64,000 nucleotides of DNA from positions 192,001-256,000 of the forward strand of contig CBDVDR010000002.1 of assembly GCA_965372795.1 (NCBI GenBank), given 5' to 3'. The notes below the pieces were generated by a model. The model did no database searches, was not told the DNA's origin, and was given only the letters and a program-made list of their open reading frames with translations. Positions 7,586-17,685 of this stretch are shown one piece after another (position 1 is the stretch's first letter; each line of letters begins with the position of its first letter). Source of the stretch: an uncultured bacterium (GTDB taxonomy: Bacteria; Zixibacteria; MSB-5A5; GN15; FEB-12). The position numbers and the translations under genes were made by a program.

Positions 7586-10453
7586 ATGGCTGCCAGAAAA
7601 ACTGTAGCAAAGAAAAAGACGGCCAAAAAAGCCGTAAAACAAAAGAAAAAAGCAACACCGAAGGTGACCAAAAAAGTGATGAAAACTGAGACTAAAGAAA
7701 AGACCGTTAAAGCAAAAACTGCTGTTAAGTCGAAGACTGAAAAGCCAAAAGTTGCTAAGGCGAAAGATACAAAAGTAAAATCGACCGGGAAATATTATTA
7801 TTTCTTTGGCTCTGGTAAAGCCGAAGGAAAAGCATCCATGAAAGATGAACTTGGCGGCAAAGGTGCAAATCTGGCCGAAATGACAAATACCGGAGTTCCG
7901 GTTCCTCCCGGTTTTACAATTTCAACCGCAGCCTGTCATCTGTTTTATGAACAAGGGATGAAAATCCCCAAAGATATCAACAGTGATATGGTACCTTATA
8001 TTGGGAAAATAGAAAAGGCGACCGGACAGAAGTTTGGTGATCCGGAAAATCCTCTGCTAATTTCGGTTCGTTCCGGTGCAAAATATTCTATGCCGGGAAT
8101 GATGGATACAATTCTAAATCTTGGGTTGAATGAAGCGACAGTCAACGGCCTTGCAGAAAAAACCAAAAATCCGCGATTTGCATTGGATAACTATCGTAGA
8201 TTTATTTCGATGTTTGGCGATGTGGTTTTGGGTATTGATCGTGATCTGTTTGAGGGCGTAATCGATAAGAAGAAAAAAGATCGCAAAGTAAAACAGGATA
8301 GCTCGCTTCAAGCCAACGATCTTCAGGAAATTGTAAAACGATTTAAACAAATTATTAAACGCAAGACCGGTGAAGTATTCCCTGATGATCCATGGGATCA
8401 GCTTCAGATGTCCCGTGATGCGGTTTTCCGCAGTTGGAATAATCCTCGTGCGATTTCTTATCGCCGGATGAATAATATTCCTTCTGATATTGGTACGGCG
8501 GTCAATATTCAAGCTATGGTATTCGGGAATATGGGCAATGATTCTGCCACCGGGGTTGGATTTACCCGTAACCCATCGAACGGTGAAAAAGAATTTTATG
8601 GCGAATTTTTGGTTAATGCCCAGGGTGAAGATGTTGTTGCCGGAATAAGAACACCACAGCAGATAAAAAATCTTGAAAAAATAATGCCGGATGCATTTAA
8701 GAAGCTCAAAACAATCACTACGAAACTTGAGAAACATTACGCCGAGATCCAGGATTTTGAGTTTACTATTCAGCAGGGTAAATTATTCATGCTTCAAACC
8801 AGAAATGGTAAACGGACCGTTCAGGCGGCAATTAAAATTGCAGTTGATATGGTCAACGAGAAGCTGATAACTAAAGAAGAAGCCATTAAACGGATAGAGC
8901 CCGATCAATTGGATCAGCTGCTTCATCCGAGAATTGACCCCAGCGCCAAATGTGAAGTGTTTGCAAAAGGTCTTGCCGCTTCACCGGGAGCAGCTTCCGG
9001 GATGGTCTTTTTTACGGCAGAAGAAGCTGTAAAAAATGCCGGTAAGAAAACAGTCATCCTTGTTCGTGAAGAGACAAATCCGGATGATATCGAGGGCATG
9101 AACGCCTCTGCTGGTATTTTAACCGCCAGGGGTGGGATGACATCCCATGCTGCTGTGGTTGCTCGAGGAATGGGCAAATGTGCCGTAACCGGTGCTGAAG
9201 CAATTAGAGTGAATCTTAAGAAGAAGCAATTTCAGGTCGGCAAATTAACAATTAAAGAGGGTGAAGTTATCACTCTAAACGGTTCGACCGGTGAAATCAT
9301 GATGGGTAAGGTTCCAACAATAGAGCCTGAATTATCCGGTGAATTTTCAACCTTCATGAGTTGGGCTGATGAATTTCGTACTTTAAAAGTCAGGACAAAT
9401 GCTGATACGCCTAAAGATGCTGTTAAAGCGCTTAAATTTGGGGCTGAAGGAATCGGACTTTGTCGCACAGAACATATGTTTTTTGCAGATGATAGAATTC
9501 CAATTGTTCAAAATATGATAATCGCCGATTCACCTGAAGAACGTCAGGCTGCTTTGGATAAACTTTTAAATTTCCAGAAAAAAGATTTCAAAGCGATCTT
9601 TGATGCGATGCAGGGAAAGCCGGTCACAATCCGGACTCTTGATCCACCTCTGCATGAATTCCTTCCTTCAAAAGAAGAAATTAATTTACAGCTCCAGGAT
9701 CTTGATGAAGAACTGGATGATTATGAAGAAAGAAAAGAACGATTGGAGAAATTCCTTCGTCGTATAGATGAGCTCAAAGAAGTTAATCCAATGCTTGGAC
9801 AACGAGGGTGTCGTTTAGGGATTTTGTATCCGGAAATAACTGAGATGCAGACCCGGGCTATTATTAAAGCAGCCTGTGAACTTGTAAAAGACAAAAAGAA
9901 AGTTATGCCGGAAATCATGATACCTTTGGTAGGACATATCAATGAGTTCAAGCATCAAAAAGAAGTTGTTCAGAGAATAGCTAATGAAATCATCTCAAAA
10001 ACCAAAGCGAAAGTGCTTGATTATAAAATAGGCACCATGATTGAGATTCCAAGGGCAGCTTTAACAGCTGATGAAATAGCTGAGGAAGCTGAATTCTTCA
10101 GTTTTGGTACTAATGATTTAACCCAGATGACCATGGGATTCTCAAGAGATGATGCCGGCAAATTCCTTTCGCACTATGTCGAAAATGATATTTTACCGCA
10201 TGATCCATTTGTCTCGATTGACCAGGATGGTGTCGGTCAACTCATAAAGATGGGTAAAGAGAAAGGTCGGGCGGTTAAGCCTGATTTGAAGATAGGAATT
10301 TGCGGTGAACATGGCGGTGATCCGAAATCAATTGAGTTCTGCCATAAATTAGGTCTGGACTATGTTTCGTGTTCGCCATATAGGGTGCCGATTGCAAGAC
10401 TGGCCGCTGCTCATGCAGCTTTAGCAGATAAGAAAAAAAGTAAGAAGAAATAG
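7586..10453 (+). CDS. ppdK: Pyruvate, phosphate dikinase with Lys/Ala-rich N-terminal extension
   Basis: LGGKGANLAEM, SMPGMMDTILNLG, GGMTSHAAVVARG (phospho-His), GIGLCRTEHMF, FSFGTNDLTQ, GICGEHGG. Confidence 0.98.
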   Translation: MAARKTVAKKKTAKKAVKQKKKATPKVTKKVMKTETKEKTVKAKTAVKSKTEKPKVAKAKDTKVKSTGKYYYFFGSGKAEGKASMKDELGGKGANLAEMTNTGVPVPPGFTISTAACHLFYEQGMKIPKDINSDMVPYIGKIEKATGQKFGDPENPLLISVRSGAKYSMPGMMDTILNLGLNEATVNGLAEKTKNPRFALDNYRRFISMFGDVVLGIDRDLFEGVIDKKKKDRKVKQDSSLQANDLQEIVKRFKQIIKRKTGEVFPDDPWDQLQMSRDAVFRSWNNPRAISYRRMNNIPSDIGTAVNIQAMVFGNMGNDSATGVGFTRNPSNGEKEFYGEFLVNAQGEDVVAGIRTPQQIKNLEKIMPDAFKKLKTITTKLEKHYAEIQDFEFTIQQGKLFMLQTRNGKRTVQAAIKIAVDMVNEKLITKEEAIKRIEPDQLDQLLHPRIDPSAKCEVFAKGLAASPGAASGMVFFTAEEAVKNAGKKTVILVREETNPDDIEGMNASAGILTARGGMTSHAAVVARGMGKCAVTGAEAIRVNLKKKQFQVGKLTIKEGEVITLNGSTGEIMMGKVPTIEPELSGEFSTFMSWADEFRTLKVRTNADTPKDAVKALKFGAEGIGLCRTEHMFFADDRIPIVQNMIIADSPEERQAALDKLLNFQKKDFKAIFDAMQGKPVTIRTLDPPLHEFLPSKEEINLQLQDLDEELDDYEERKERLEKFLRRIDELKEVNPMLGQRGCRLGILYPEITEMQTRAIIKAACELVKDKKKVMPEIMIPLVGHINEFKHQKEVVQRIANEIISKTKAKVLDYKIGTMIEIPRAALTADEIAEEAEFFSFGTNDLTQMTMGFSRDDAGKFLSHYVENDILPHDPFVSIDQDGVGQLIKMGKEKGRAVKPDLKIGICGEHGGDPKSIEFCHKLGLDYVSCSPYRVPIARLAAAHAALADKKKSKKK

Positions 10454-10479
10454 CGAGCTTCTTATAAGGAAATAATATT

Positions 10480-10515
10480 AAAACCGTCCGGTAATTCACC
10501 GGATGGTTTTTTTTT
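10480..10515 (+). terminator. Intrinsic terminator
   Basis: AAACCGTCCGGT-AATTC-ACCGGATGGTTT followed by a T run. Confidence 0.85.
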
Positions 10516-10700
10516 GAGCAATTCTAAAAAATTAAAGAGATTGTATTTGAATAAGTTTCACTTGACTTTATAGTATAATATGCTATTTCTTTGTTGGTTA
10601 TGACCGATAAATGAAAAGGAAGATATTCTACTTTCGGACGAGTAAAAATTAAACTTTAGAATTGGTAAATTGTTTGTAATACGTTGAAAGAAAATAAATT

Positions 10701-12809
10701 ATGAAAAAATCATTAGACTCGATATTCAGGCCGAAATCCGTCGCGGTAATCGGAGCATCGAGCGTCAAAGGAAAGATCGGTCGTGAAACAATTCACAACA
10801 TGTTGTTGGCAGAGTTTAACGGAAAAATTTTTCCTGTAAATCCGAAGGCGAGTGTAATTCATTCGATCAAAGCTTATTCAACGATCCTTGATGTGCCGGA
10901 TGCGGTTGATTTGGCCATTGTAATTGTGAATAAAAAATATGTAAAAGATGTTGTGACTCAATGCGGTGAAAAAGGAGTTAAGGGTCTGGTTGTTATCTCT
11001 GCCGGTTTTTCAGAAGTTGGAATTGAAGGAAAAAAAAGAGAACTTGAATTGCTGTCGGTTGTAAATGAATACGGAATGCGGATGATCGGACCAAATTGTT
11101 TTGGGATTGTTAATACCGATCCAAAAATTAGTTTGAACGCAACTTTTGGCAAAATCTTTCCCCGCCCGGGTCGGATTGGTTTTATAACTCAATCGGGAGC
11201 CATGGGCGAGGCGATTATGAATCATGCCAACGAACTTGGTATCGGGTTTTCATTAGTTGCCTCGATTGGTAATAAAGCGGATATTTCTTCTAATGATATT
11301 CTTGAATATTTAAAAGATGATCCCAAGACAGATATCATTTTGATGTATCTGGAAAATTTTGGAAATCCTTTAAACTTCACAAAAATCGCCCGGGAAGTTT
11401 CACGCACAAAACCGATTGTGGTGGTTAAATCAGGTCGGACAACTTTGGGTGCCAAAGCAGCATCGTCACACACCGGAGCCCTCGCCGGGTTAGATGTCGG
11501 GGTGGATGCTTTGTTTGAACAGACCGGAGTGATGCGGGTTGATTCGGTGCAAGAGCTATTTGATGTTGCCGCAACTTTGTCAAAGCAGCCGATCCCTAAA
11601 GGTAATCGGGTTGTAATTGTCACTAATGCCGGCGGTCCGGGAATTCTTGCAACTGATGCTTTGATTAGTAACGGAATGGAAATGCCGGAGCTTTCACCGG
11701 CGACAGTTAAAAAATTGAAAACTTTTATTTCAGCAGAAGCGTCATTTTCAAATCCAATGGATATGGTAGCCGGTGCCGGCGGGAAAGAATTTAAGCTGAC
11801 TTTGGATGCGGTAAAAAATGATAAAAGATATGATGCTATCGTGCCGATTTTTGTACCGCCAGTTACCGTAGACCAGTTGGAAGTAGCGAAAAATATTCAT
11901 GAATCTTTAGCTGATACGAAAAAAACTGTATTAGCCTGTTTTATGGGAGCAGGTGAAAAACCGGTCGGGGTTGAATATTTGAAGGAAAAGAATATACCGG
12001 TATTTATATATCCTGAATCCTTAGCCAAAACATTGGCAACATTATCAAAACATCGCCAATGGCTAAAGAAACCGAGAGGGAAATACCGGAATTTCAAAGT
12101 AGATTCTGATAAAGTTCAATCTATAATCAATACTGCATATAAAAATAAAGAAACTTCGATCATTGGTGACAATGCGATTGAAATTCTCAAAGCTTATGGA
12201 ATTCCGGCTGCGGGATACAAATATGCTAATAGCGGCAAAGAAGCGGTCAAAGCCGCCAACGAAATAGGTTATCCGGTGGTAATGAAAGTTAATACGCCCA
12301 AAATGCTTCATAAGACCGAATTAGGCGGCGTCATGGTTGATTTACGGACTCCGCAAGAAGTGCTAAAAGCCGGTAATGAGCTTGAGGCAAGAGTCGGTAA
12401 ATTGAAAAAAGGGGAGAAGTTTTCTGTTATTTTGCAACAGATGATTTCCGGGAGTATTGAATCAGTAATAGGTATGACAATCGACCCATCGTTTGGTCCT
12501 TTAATTATGTTTGGGCTGGGCGGTATTTATGTCGAAGTGATGAAGGATGTTTCTTTCAGGATTAATCCTCTTACCGATGCCGAAGCCCGTGAGATGATAC
12601 AATCGATCAAATCTTATCCGTTATTGACCGGTTTCCGAGGCACTCAGCCGGTTGATCTGAAAATTCTCGAAGAAACTCTTCTGCGAGTATCTCAACTTGT
12701 GAAAGATTTTGACTGTTTTACAGAGATAGATATAAACCCGTTTATAGCATCACCGGATAAGACGATGTGTAAAGCGGTTGATGCCCGATTTATATTAAAA
12801 AAACAGTAA
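10701..12809 (+). CDS. ADP-forming acetate/acyl-CoA ligase, fused alpha-beta type
   Basis: CoA-binding VAVIGAS, GPNC.G, ASSHTGAL (catalytic His), TNAGGPG, C-terminal ATP-grasp (GYPVVMK, HKTELGGV, DINP). Confidence 0.93.
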   Translation: MKKSLDSIFRPKSVAVIGASSVKGKIGRETIHNMLLAEFNGKIFPVNPKASVIHSIKAYSTILDVPDAVDLAIVIVNKKYVKDVVTQCGEKGVKGLVVISAGFSEVGIEGKKRELELLSVVNEYGMRMIGPNCFGIVNTDPKISLNATFGKIFPRPGRIGFITQSGAMGEAIMNHANELGIGFSLVASIGNKADISSNDILEYLKDDPKTDIILMYLENFGNPLNFTKIAREVSRTKPIVVVKSGRTTLGAKAASSHTGALAGLDVGVDALFEQTGVMRVDSVQELFDVAATLSKQPIPKGNRVVIVTNAGGPGILATDALISNGMEMPELSPATVKKLKTFISAEASFSNPMDMVAGAGGKEFKLTLDAVKNDKRYDAIVPIFVPPVTVDQLEVAKNIHESLADTKKTVLACFMGAGEKPVGVEYLKEKNIPVFIYPESLAKTLATLSKHRQWLKKPRGKYRNFKVDSDKVQSIINTAYKNKETSIIGDNAIEILKAYGIPAAGYKYANSGKEAVKAANEIGYPVVMKVNTPKMLHKTELGGVMVDLRTPQEVLKAGNELEARVGKLKKGEKFSVILQQMISGSIESVIGMTIDPSFGPLIMFGLGGIYVEVMKDVSFRINPLTDAEAREMIQSIKSYPLLTGFRGTQPVDLKILEETLLRVSQLVKDFDCFTEIDINPFIASPDKTMCKAVDARFILKKQ

Positions 12810-12935
12810 TTTCTCTCTATTGACTTGATTTCATTATTTGTGTAAATAGTAATTCCAACCGGTTTCTTAACTGGAAACCGGTGAGGTCTATGTTGGCAGG
12901 AAAGCTGGTATTGTTCATTCTGAATAGGAGTTATT

Positions 12936-13448
12936 ATGAAATATGAATTGAAGTCAATAGGTATCTGGTCATTTTTTAAAATCTCATTTTTTATAAATGC
13001 AGTCTTCGGATTTATCTTTGGTTTCTTCTATGCAATTTTTGTCGGACTTATAATGGCAGTTGCGTCGAATATCCCGTTTCTTCAATCTGAAGAATTTGCA
13101 TCAGAGGATATGTCAATTGGTCTTTTAATGATTGTTATGCCGATTGTGATGGCTGTTTTTATGGCTGTCTTTAATACGATTGTTGGCTCAATAATATTAT
13201 TAATCTATAATTTGTTTTCCAAATTACTTGGCGGGATTGAGTTTAATTTTGAAAAAGAAATTGATGAACCTGCTGCTCCAATAGTTGCAACTCCTCAGCC
13301 GTCTTATGCTCCGCCTCAACAAAGTCCGCCGCCACCACCACCTCCGCCGCCGGCACCTGCACCGTCAGAACCGATTATTCAGGATCAAGCCGAGCCAAAA
13401 CTACCCGAGCAGAACAATGATGATAATGATAGTAAGCAGAATAACTAA
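12936..13448 (+). CDS. Two-TM membrane protein (DUF3566-like) with Pro-rich tail
   Basis: AGGAG RBS; two long hydrophobic helices; YNLFSKLLGGIE motif; poly-Pro C-terminus. Confidence 0.7.
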   Translation: MKYELKSIGIWSFFKISFFINAVFGFIFGFFYAIFVGLIMAVASNIPFLQSEEFASEDMSIGLLMIVMPIVMAVFMAVFNTIVGSIILLIYNLFSKLLGGIEFNFEKEIDEPAAPIVATPQPSYAPPQQSPPPPPPPPPAPAPSEPIIQDQAEPKLPEQNNDDNDSKQNN

Positions 13449-13471
13449 CAACTTTAGAGAGTAGAAAATAA

Positions 13472-14923
13472 ATGACCGATTCAAAAGTAAAAGTTCGCAT
13501 TGCTCCATCACCTTCGGGATATGTTCATGTTGGCACCGCACGCATGGCGATTTGTAATTTTCTTTTTGCCCGCCATTATGGCGGAGAGTTTTTAGTGCGA
13601 ATTGAAGATACTGATAGCGAGCGGTCTGATCAAAGTTTGATCGAACCTATTTTAGATGCCATTCGCTGGTTGAAATGCGACTGGGATGGGGAAATTATCA
13701 GGCAGTCGGAAAGAATTGAGCTTTACAAAGGGTATGCTCAGAAAATTCTTAAATCCGGCGCCGGTTATAGATGTTTTTGCTCGCGGGAACAGCTTGAGAA
13801 AGACAGAGCCGAAGATCGTAAAAAAAAGGAAGCACCTCGCCGTCATAACCGCTGTCATTTTCTATCTCAAGAGGAGATTGATGCAAAAGTTAGCGCTGGT
13901 GATGAATTTACGATTCGTTTGTTTATTCCTGATGGTGTTACCGTTTATAATGATATGGTGCTGGGCGAAGTAAAAAGAAACAACGATGATATCGAAGATT
14001 TTATTATTGCCCGTTCTGATGGGACGGCTGTTTATAATTTAGCGGTTGTGGTTGATGATAATGATATGGGTATAACTCATGTTATAAGAGGGAATGACCA
14101 CGTTACTAATACATTTAAGCAGGTTCATATTTATAAGGCGCTTGGTTTTGAAGAGCCTGTTTTTGGACATATGCCTTTAATCCTCAGACCTGATAAAAAG
14201 AAGGTTTCAAAACGGCTTGGGGATAAAGGTGTTGGTGAATATCAGAAAGAGGGTATTCTGCCGGAGTCACTTTTTAATTATTTATGTCTTTTAGGCTGGT
14301 CGCCAAAAACCGATCAGGAAGTTTACTCGATTGAAAAGTTGATAGATATATTTACCGAGAAAAATTTTAATGCATCAAACGCTGTATTTGATGAAGATAA
14401 ATTGGTCGCTTTCAATAAAGATCATATTGCGATGAAACCTACACATGAACTTGCCACAATTGTAGCACCTTTATTTATTGAGGCTGATATTCAGAGTAAA
14501 TACTGGTTTGAGACGCGATGGGAATATCTCTGTCAGGTGGTCGAGGCGTTAAAGGGACGGGTGCGACGGCTGCATGATTTTGTTGATATGGGCAGTTATT
14601 TCTTTCAATTTGATTATAAATATGAAGAGAAAGCAAGGCTGAAACATTTTAACCTTGAAAATGCCGAGCTTCTTGAAGAACTTGCCAACAGGTTTGAAAA
14701 GTTGGATAAGTTTGATCATGAATCAGCCGAGCAGGTGATAACTGCAATGGCAGAGGAGAAAGAGTTTAAAAAAGCAAAACTGATTCATCCGACCCGATTG
14801 GCAACATCGGGAACTTCAGCCGGACCGGGATTGTATGACCTTCTGATAATATTAACCCAGCCGGTAGTCGTTGAAAGAATCAGAAAAGCGGTTGAATATA
14901 TCCGTAAAGAAAACAATAATTGA
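13472..14923 (+). CDS. gltX: Glutamate--tRNA ligase
   Basis: RIAPSPSGYVHVG (HIGH), RIEDTD, THVIRGNDH, KVSKR (KMSKS), C-terminal anticodon-binding domain. Confidence 0.96.
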   Translation: MTDSKVKVRIAPSPSGYVHVGTARMAICNFLFARHYGGEFLVRIEDTDSERSDQSLIEPILDAIRWLKCDWDGEIIRQSERIELYKGYAQKILKSGAGYRCFCSREQLEKDRAEDRKKKEAPRRHNRCHFLSQEEIDAKVSAGDEFTIRLFIPDGVTVYNDMVLGEVKRNNDDIEDFIIARSDGTAVYNLAVVVDDNDMGITHVIRGNDHVTNTFKQVHIYKALGFEEPVFGHMPLILRPDKKKVSKRLGDKGVGEYQKEGILPESLFNYLCLLGWSPKTDQEVYSIEKLIDIFTEKNFNASNAVFDEDKLVAFNKDHIAMKPTHELATIVAPLFIEADIQSKYWFETRWEYLCQVVEALKGRVRRLHDFVDMGSYFFQFDYKYEEKARLKHFNLENAELLEELANRFEKLDKFDHESAEQVITAMAEEKEFKKAKLIHPTRLATSGTSAGPGLYDLLIILTQPVVVERIRKAVEYIRKENNN

Positions 14924-14936
14924 AGTAGAGGATATT

Positions 14937-15434
14937 ATGTCTAACTCAAAAGAAAAAATTGCTGAAACTTTGAAAATAGCAATCAGAGGCGAAGAAGACG
15001 GCTACAAGTTTTATGATTATGTTGCAAAAAAAGCAACCAATAAGATAGCCAAGAAAAAACTTGAAAGTCTTCGAGATGATGAAGTTCGTCATCGTCAAAC
15101 ATTGATTGAGATATTCAAAGAATATGTCGGTGGTGAAATTGGTGAATTGCCGGAAAAAGGTCTTTCGGTTTTAACTGAGATTTTTAAAAAAGGTCAGTTG
15201 AACAAGATCAGCAGTGAAATGGAATTTATCAATCTTGCAATCGAGGCAGAGTTAGCGGCAACAAAATATTATCAGGATCAACGTGACCTGGTTGATGACC
15301 CTACTTTCAGAGAGATTTTTGATAAATTGGCCGATGAAGAACATGGTCACTATGAATTGTTGATGGCTGAACGTGAAGCATTGAGCGGCAATTATAATTG
15401 GTTTGGATATGGCGAAGCTCCGATGGAGCACTAA
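14937..15434 (+). CDS. Rubrerythrin/ferritin-like diiron protein without a rubredoxin domain
   Basis: Two AI..E...Y...(D)EExH repeats (DDEVRH, DEEHGH); GAGGA RBS supports ATG 14937. Confidence 0.88.
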   Translation: MSNSKEKIAETLKIAIRGEEDGYKFYDYVAKKATNKIAKKKLESLRDDEVRHRQTLIEIFKEYVGGEIGELPEKGLSVLTEIFKKGQLNKISSEMEFINLAIEAELAATKYYQDQRDLVDDPTFREIFDKLADEEHGHYELLMAEREALSGNYNWFGYGEAPMEH

Positions 15435-15467
15435 AAATCAGTAATCAATTGAGGGAGGAACAAGGAG

Positions 15468-15623
15468 ATGCAGTGGGTATGTGATATTTGCGGATATGTT
15501 CATGATGATGAAGAACCCCCGCCGAATTGTCCAGTGTGTGGGGCTCCTGAAAATCATTTTTCTGAATATGTAGAGAAAGATAAATCAGAAGATTCTTCTG
15601 AGAAGGAACGAAAGAATAAATAG
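15468..15623 (+). CDS. Rubredoxin-like small protein (51 aa, absent from the ORF track)
   Basis: MQWVCDICGYVHDDEEPPPNCPVCGAPENHF...; two CxxCG knuckles; GGAGG RBS. Confidence 0.9.
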   Translation: MQWVCDICGYVHDDEEPPPNCPVCGAPENHFSEYVEKDKSEDSSEKERKNK

Positions 15624-15640
15624 AGGGAGATTTCTATTTT

Positions 15641-16135
15641 ATGTCAAACATTAGTAAAGAGAAAGTCGAACTCGAAATAAACGATACCGCTCCGGATCTG
15701 ACCCTTCAAACTCATAATGAAGGGGAACTGAACCTGGCCTGGTACCGGGGCCGGAAAAATGTGATTCTGGCATTTTATCCGGGCGATTGGACACCCGTTT
15801 GTTCATCACAAATGGCACAATATAATGATGTGATAAGCCAGCTTGAAGATCTGGAAACTCAATTATTCGGGTTGTCTGTTGATTCAATATTTTCTCATCG
15901 AGCGTGGGCGAAGTCACTTGGCGGATTAGCATTTCCGTTGATGGCTGATTTTTATCCTCACGGCGAGGCAGCTCAAAAATATGGTGTTTTTAATCCTCGC
16001 GGGTATTGTGAAAGAGTCGTATTTTTAATCGATAAAGAAGGTTTGATCCAATATATTGAGAAACCGGATATTAGTGAAGTTCCCAATTTAAAAGAGCTTC
16101 TGACCAGAATCGAGAATCTGGAAAAAAAGAGCTAA
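15641..16135 (+). CDS. Peroxiredoxin (AhpC/TSA family, AhpE-like), Cys form
   Basis: FYPGDWTPVC peroxidatic motif; GLSVDS; ERVVFLIDKEG. Confidence 0.92.
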   Translation: MSNISKEKVELEINDTAPDLTLQTHNEGELNLAWYRGRKNVILAFYPGDWTPVCSSQMAQYNDVISQLEDLETQLFGLSVDSIFSHRAWAKSLGGLAFPLMADFYPHGEAAQKYGVFNPRGYCERVVFLIDKEGLIQYIEKPDISEVPNLKELLTRIENLEKKS

Positions 16136-16198
16136 TTTATTGAACCAGATTGCTTGTTTCTTGTTGAGAATCTAAAAGGAACAAGAAGGAGAAATATT

Positions 16199-16636
16199 GT
16201 GCTAAAATTGGACTCAAATGCTCCCGATTTTAACCTTGAAAGCTCAACCGGCGGAGAATTATCTTTAAAGGAAATTTCAGGGAAATATGCTGTAATTGTG
16301 TTTTATCCAAAAAATAACACCCCCGGCTGAAACAGTCAATTAGCAGCTCTGGAAGAGTTGAAAGAGAAATTTGCAGAAATGAATACTTTGGTCTTAGCTA
16401 TAAATCCGGCTTCGGTGACCTCGCATATTAGTTATAGTGCGAAAAAAGGATTTAGTTTTCCGATCTTATCTGATCCTGACGGTAAAATATTGAAAGCTTA
16501 TCTGGCTGAAAAACCGGAAGGTAAAGGAGTGTTGCGAACGGTTTATGCTCTTGACGGAGATGGGAAAGTGATCTTTGCCGAACGCGGGATGGCTGATTAT
16601 AAAGATATAATAGAGATTATCAGACAGGCATCATAA
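16199..16636 (+). CDS. bcp: BCP/PrxQ-type peroxiredoxin with in-frame UGA (probable selenocysteine at codon 44)
   Basis: AGGAG RBS and GTG start; APDFNLES...FYPKNNTPG-TGA(16328-16330)-NSQL continues in frame into the 16358..16636 ORF. Confidence 0.85.
16344..16360 (+). promoter_or_regulatory. Candidate bacterial SECIS hairpin
   Basis: CAGCTCT-GGA-AGAGTTG stem-loop; the G-initiated apical loop starts 20 nt after the UGA. Confidence 0.6.
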
Positions 16637-17683
16637 ATGAATCAAGATAACCAGAATGAAATATTTGATATAACTTTTATCGGCGCCGGACCGGTGGCTC
16701 TTTATGGGATGTATTATGCCGGCTTGCGGATGATGAAAATGAAAGCTGTTGATATGCTCGAAGAAGTCGGCGGCGGTTTAATGGCTTTGTACCCTGAAAA
16801 GTATATTTATGATGTTGCGGGATTCCCCAAAGTGATGAGTAAAGAGCTGGTTCGCAATCTTGAAAAACAAGCCCTTCAATATCCCAATTCACTTTGCCTT
16901 GGCGAAAAGGTTATCAGTCTTGAAAAAAGAGAAGACGATATTTTAGAACTGACCACTAACAAGGGTGTGCATCTTTCAAAGACAGTCATTGTCTGTGCGG
17001 GGCTGGGTGCTTATATCCCCAAGAAAATTGATATCCCCAATATTGAAAAATTGGAAGGTCATGGCGTTTATTATTTCTGCCGCAACCTTGAAGATTTTGA
17101 GGAAAAGAAAATATTGATTGTCGGCGGGGGAGATGCGGCCTTTGATTATTCGATGATGTTGGAGCCGATAGCCAAGTCGATTACTCATATTCATCGGAAT
17201 AGTTTTTTTGCGGCTCATGAAGATTCGGTTAACAAGGTTAAGGAATCATCGGTTGATTTGAGATTTCCATTCTGGGAATTAAAAGAAATTAAGGGTGAAG
17301 AATGGGTTAAATCAGTAACGATCTTCAACTCGGAAAGCGGAGAGACTGAGTCCTTTGATGTAGATGCCGTAGTGTTAAATATAGGATTTTTAACCAATCT
17401 CGGACCGATTGCCGATTGGGGATTGGAAATTAAAAATAATTCAATTCAGGTTGATTCCCGGATGCGTACAAATATTGAAGGAATATATGCTGCGGGTGAT
17501 ATTGTCACCTATGATGGTAAGATTAAATTGATTTCAACCGGATGCGGCGAAGTTGCCATTGCTGTCAATAATGCTAAAAACTTTATTGATCCCCGTGCCA
17601 AAGTATCGCCGGGGCATTCGACGGAAAAACATGTATTAGTGAAACGAAAAATTAAAAAGAAATTAAGAGCGGAAAAACAATAA
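16637..17683 (+). CDS. Thioredoxin-reductase-fold ferredoxin--NADP(+) reductase (YumC-like)
   Basis: GAGPVAL, LYPEKYIYDVAGFP, GGGDAA, IYAAGD; lacks the TrxR CxxC (GVYYFCRN). Confidence 0.88.
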   Translation: MNQDNQNEIFDITFIGAGPVALYGMYYAGLRMMKMKAVDMLEEVGGGLMALYPEKYIYDVAGFPKVMSKELVRNLEKQALQYPNSLCLGEKVISLEKREDDILELTTNKGVHLSKTVIVCAGLGAYIPKKIDIPNIEKLEGHGVYYFCRNLEDFEEKKILIVGGGDAAFDYSMMLEPIAKSITHIHRNSFFAAHEDSVNKVKESSVDLRFPFWELKEIKGEEWVKSVTIFNSESGETESFDVDAVVLNIGFLTNLGPIADWGLEIKNNSIQVDSRMRTNIEGIYAAGDIVTYDGKIKLISTGCGEVAIAVNNAKNFIDPRAKVSPGHSTEKHVLVKRKIKKKLRAEKQ

Positions 17684-17685
17684 CG

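Noticed and set aside
8114..8737. 207-aa antisense ORF inside ppdK, and similar shadow ORFs such as 11222..11623, 21776..22717, 27478..27951, 44987..45391 and 63462..63899
   Set aside because: They lie wholly opposite well-supported genes and show no recognisable motifs; these are expected codon-bias shadows.
12858..12882. Hairpin ACCGGTTTC-N7-GAAACCGGT upstream of the 12936-gltX genes
   Set aside because: No U tract and no T-box or riboswitch motifs; function cannot be supported.
13270..13370. CCG/CCA-rich repeat-like tract
   Set aside because: It encodes a poly-proline linker; not a DNA repeat element.
16358..16636. 92-aa ORF as a stand-alone gene
   Set aside because: It lacks the catalytic motif and is the 3' part of the UGA-containing peroxiredoxin starting at 16199.
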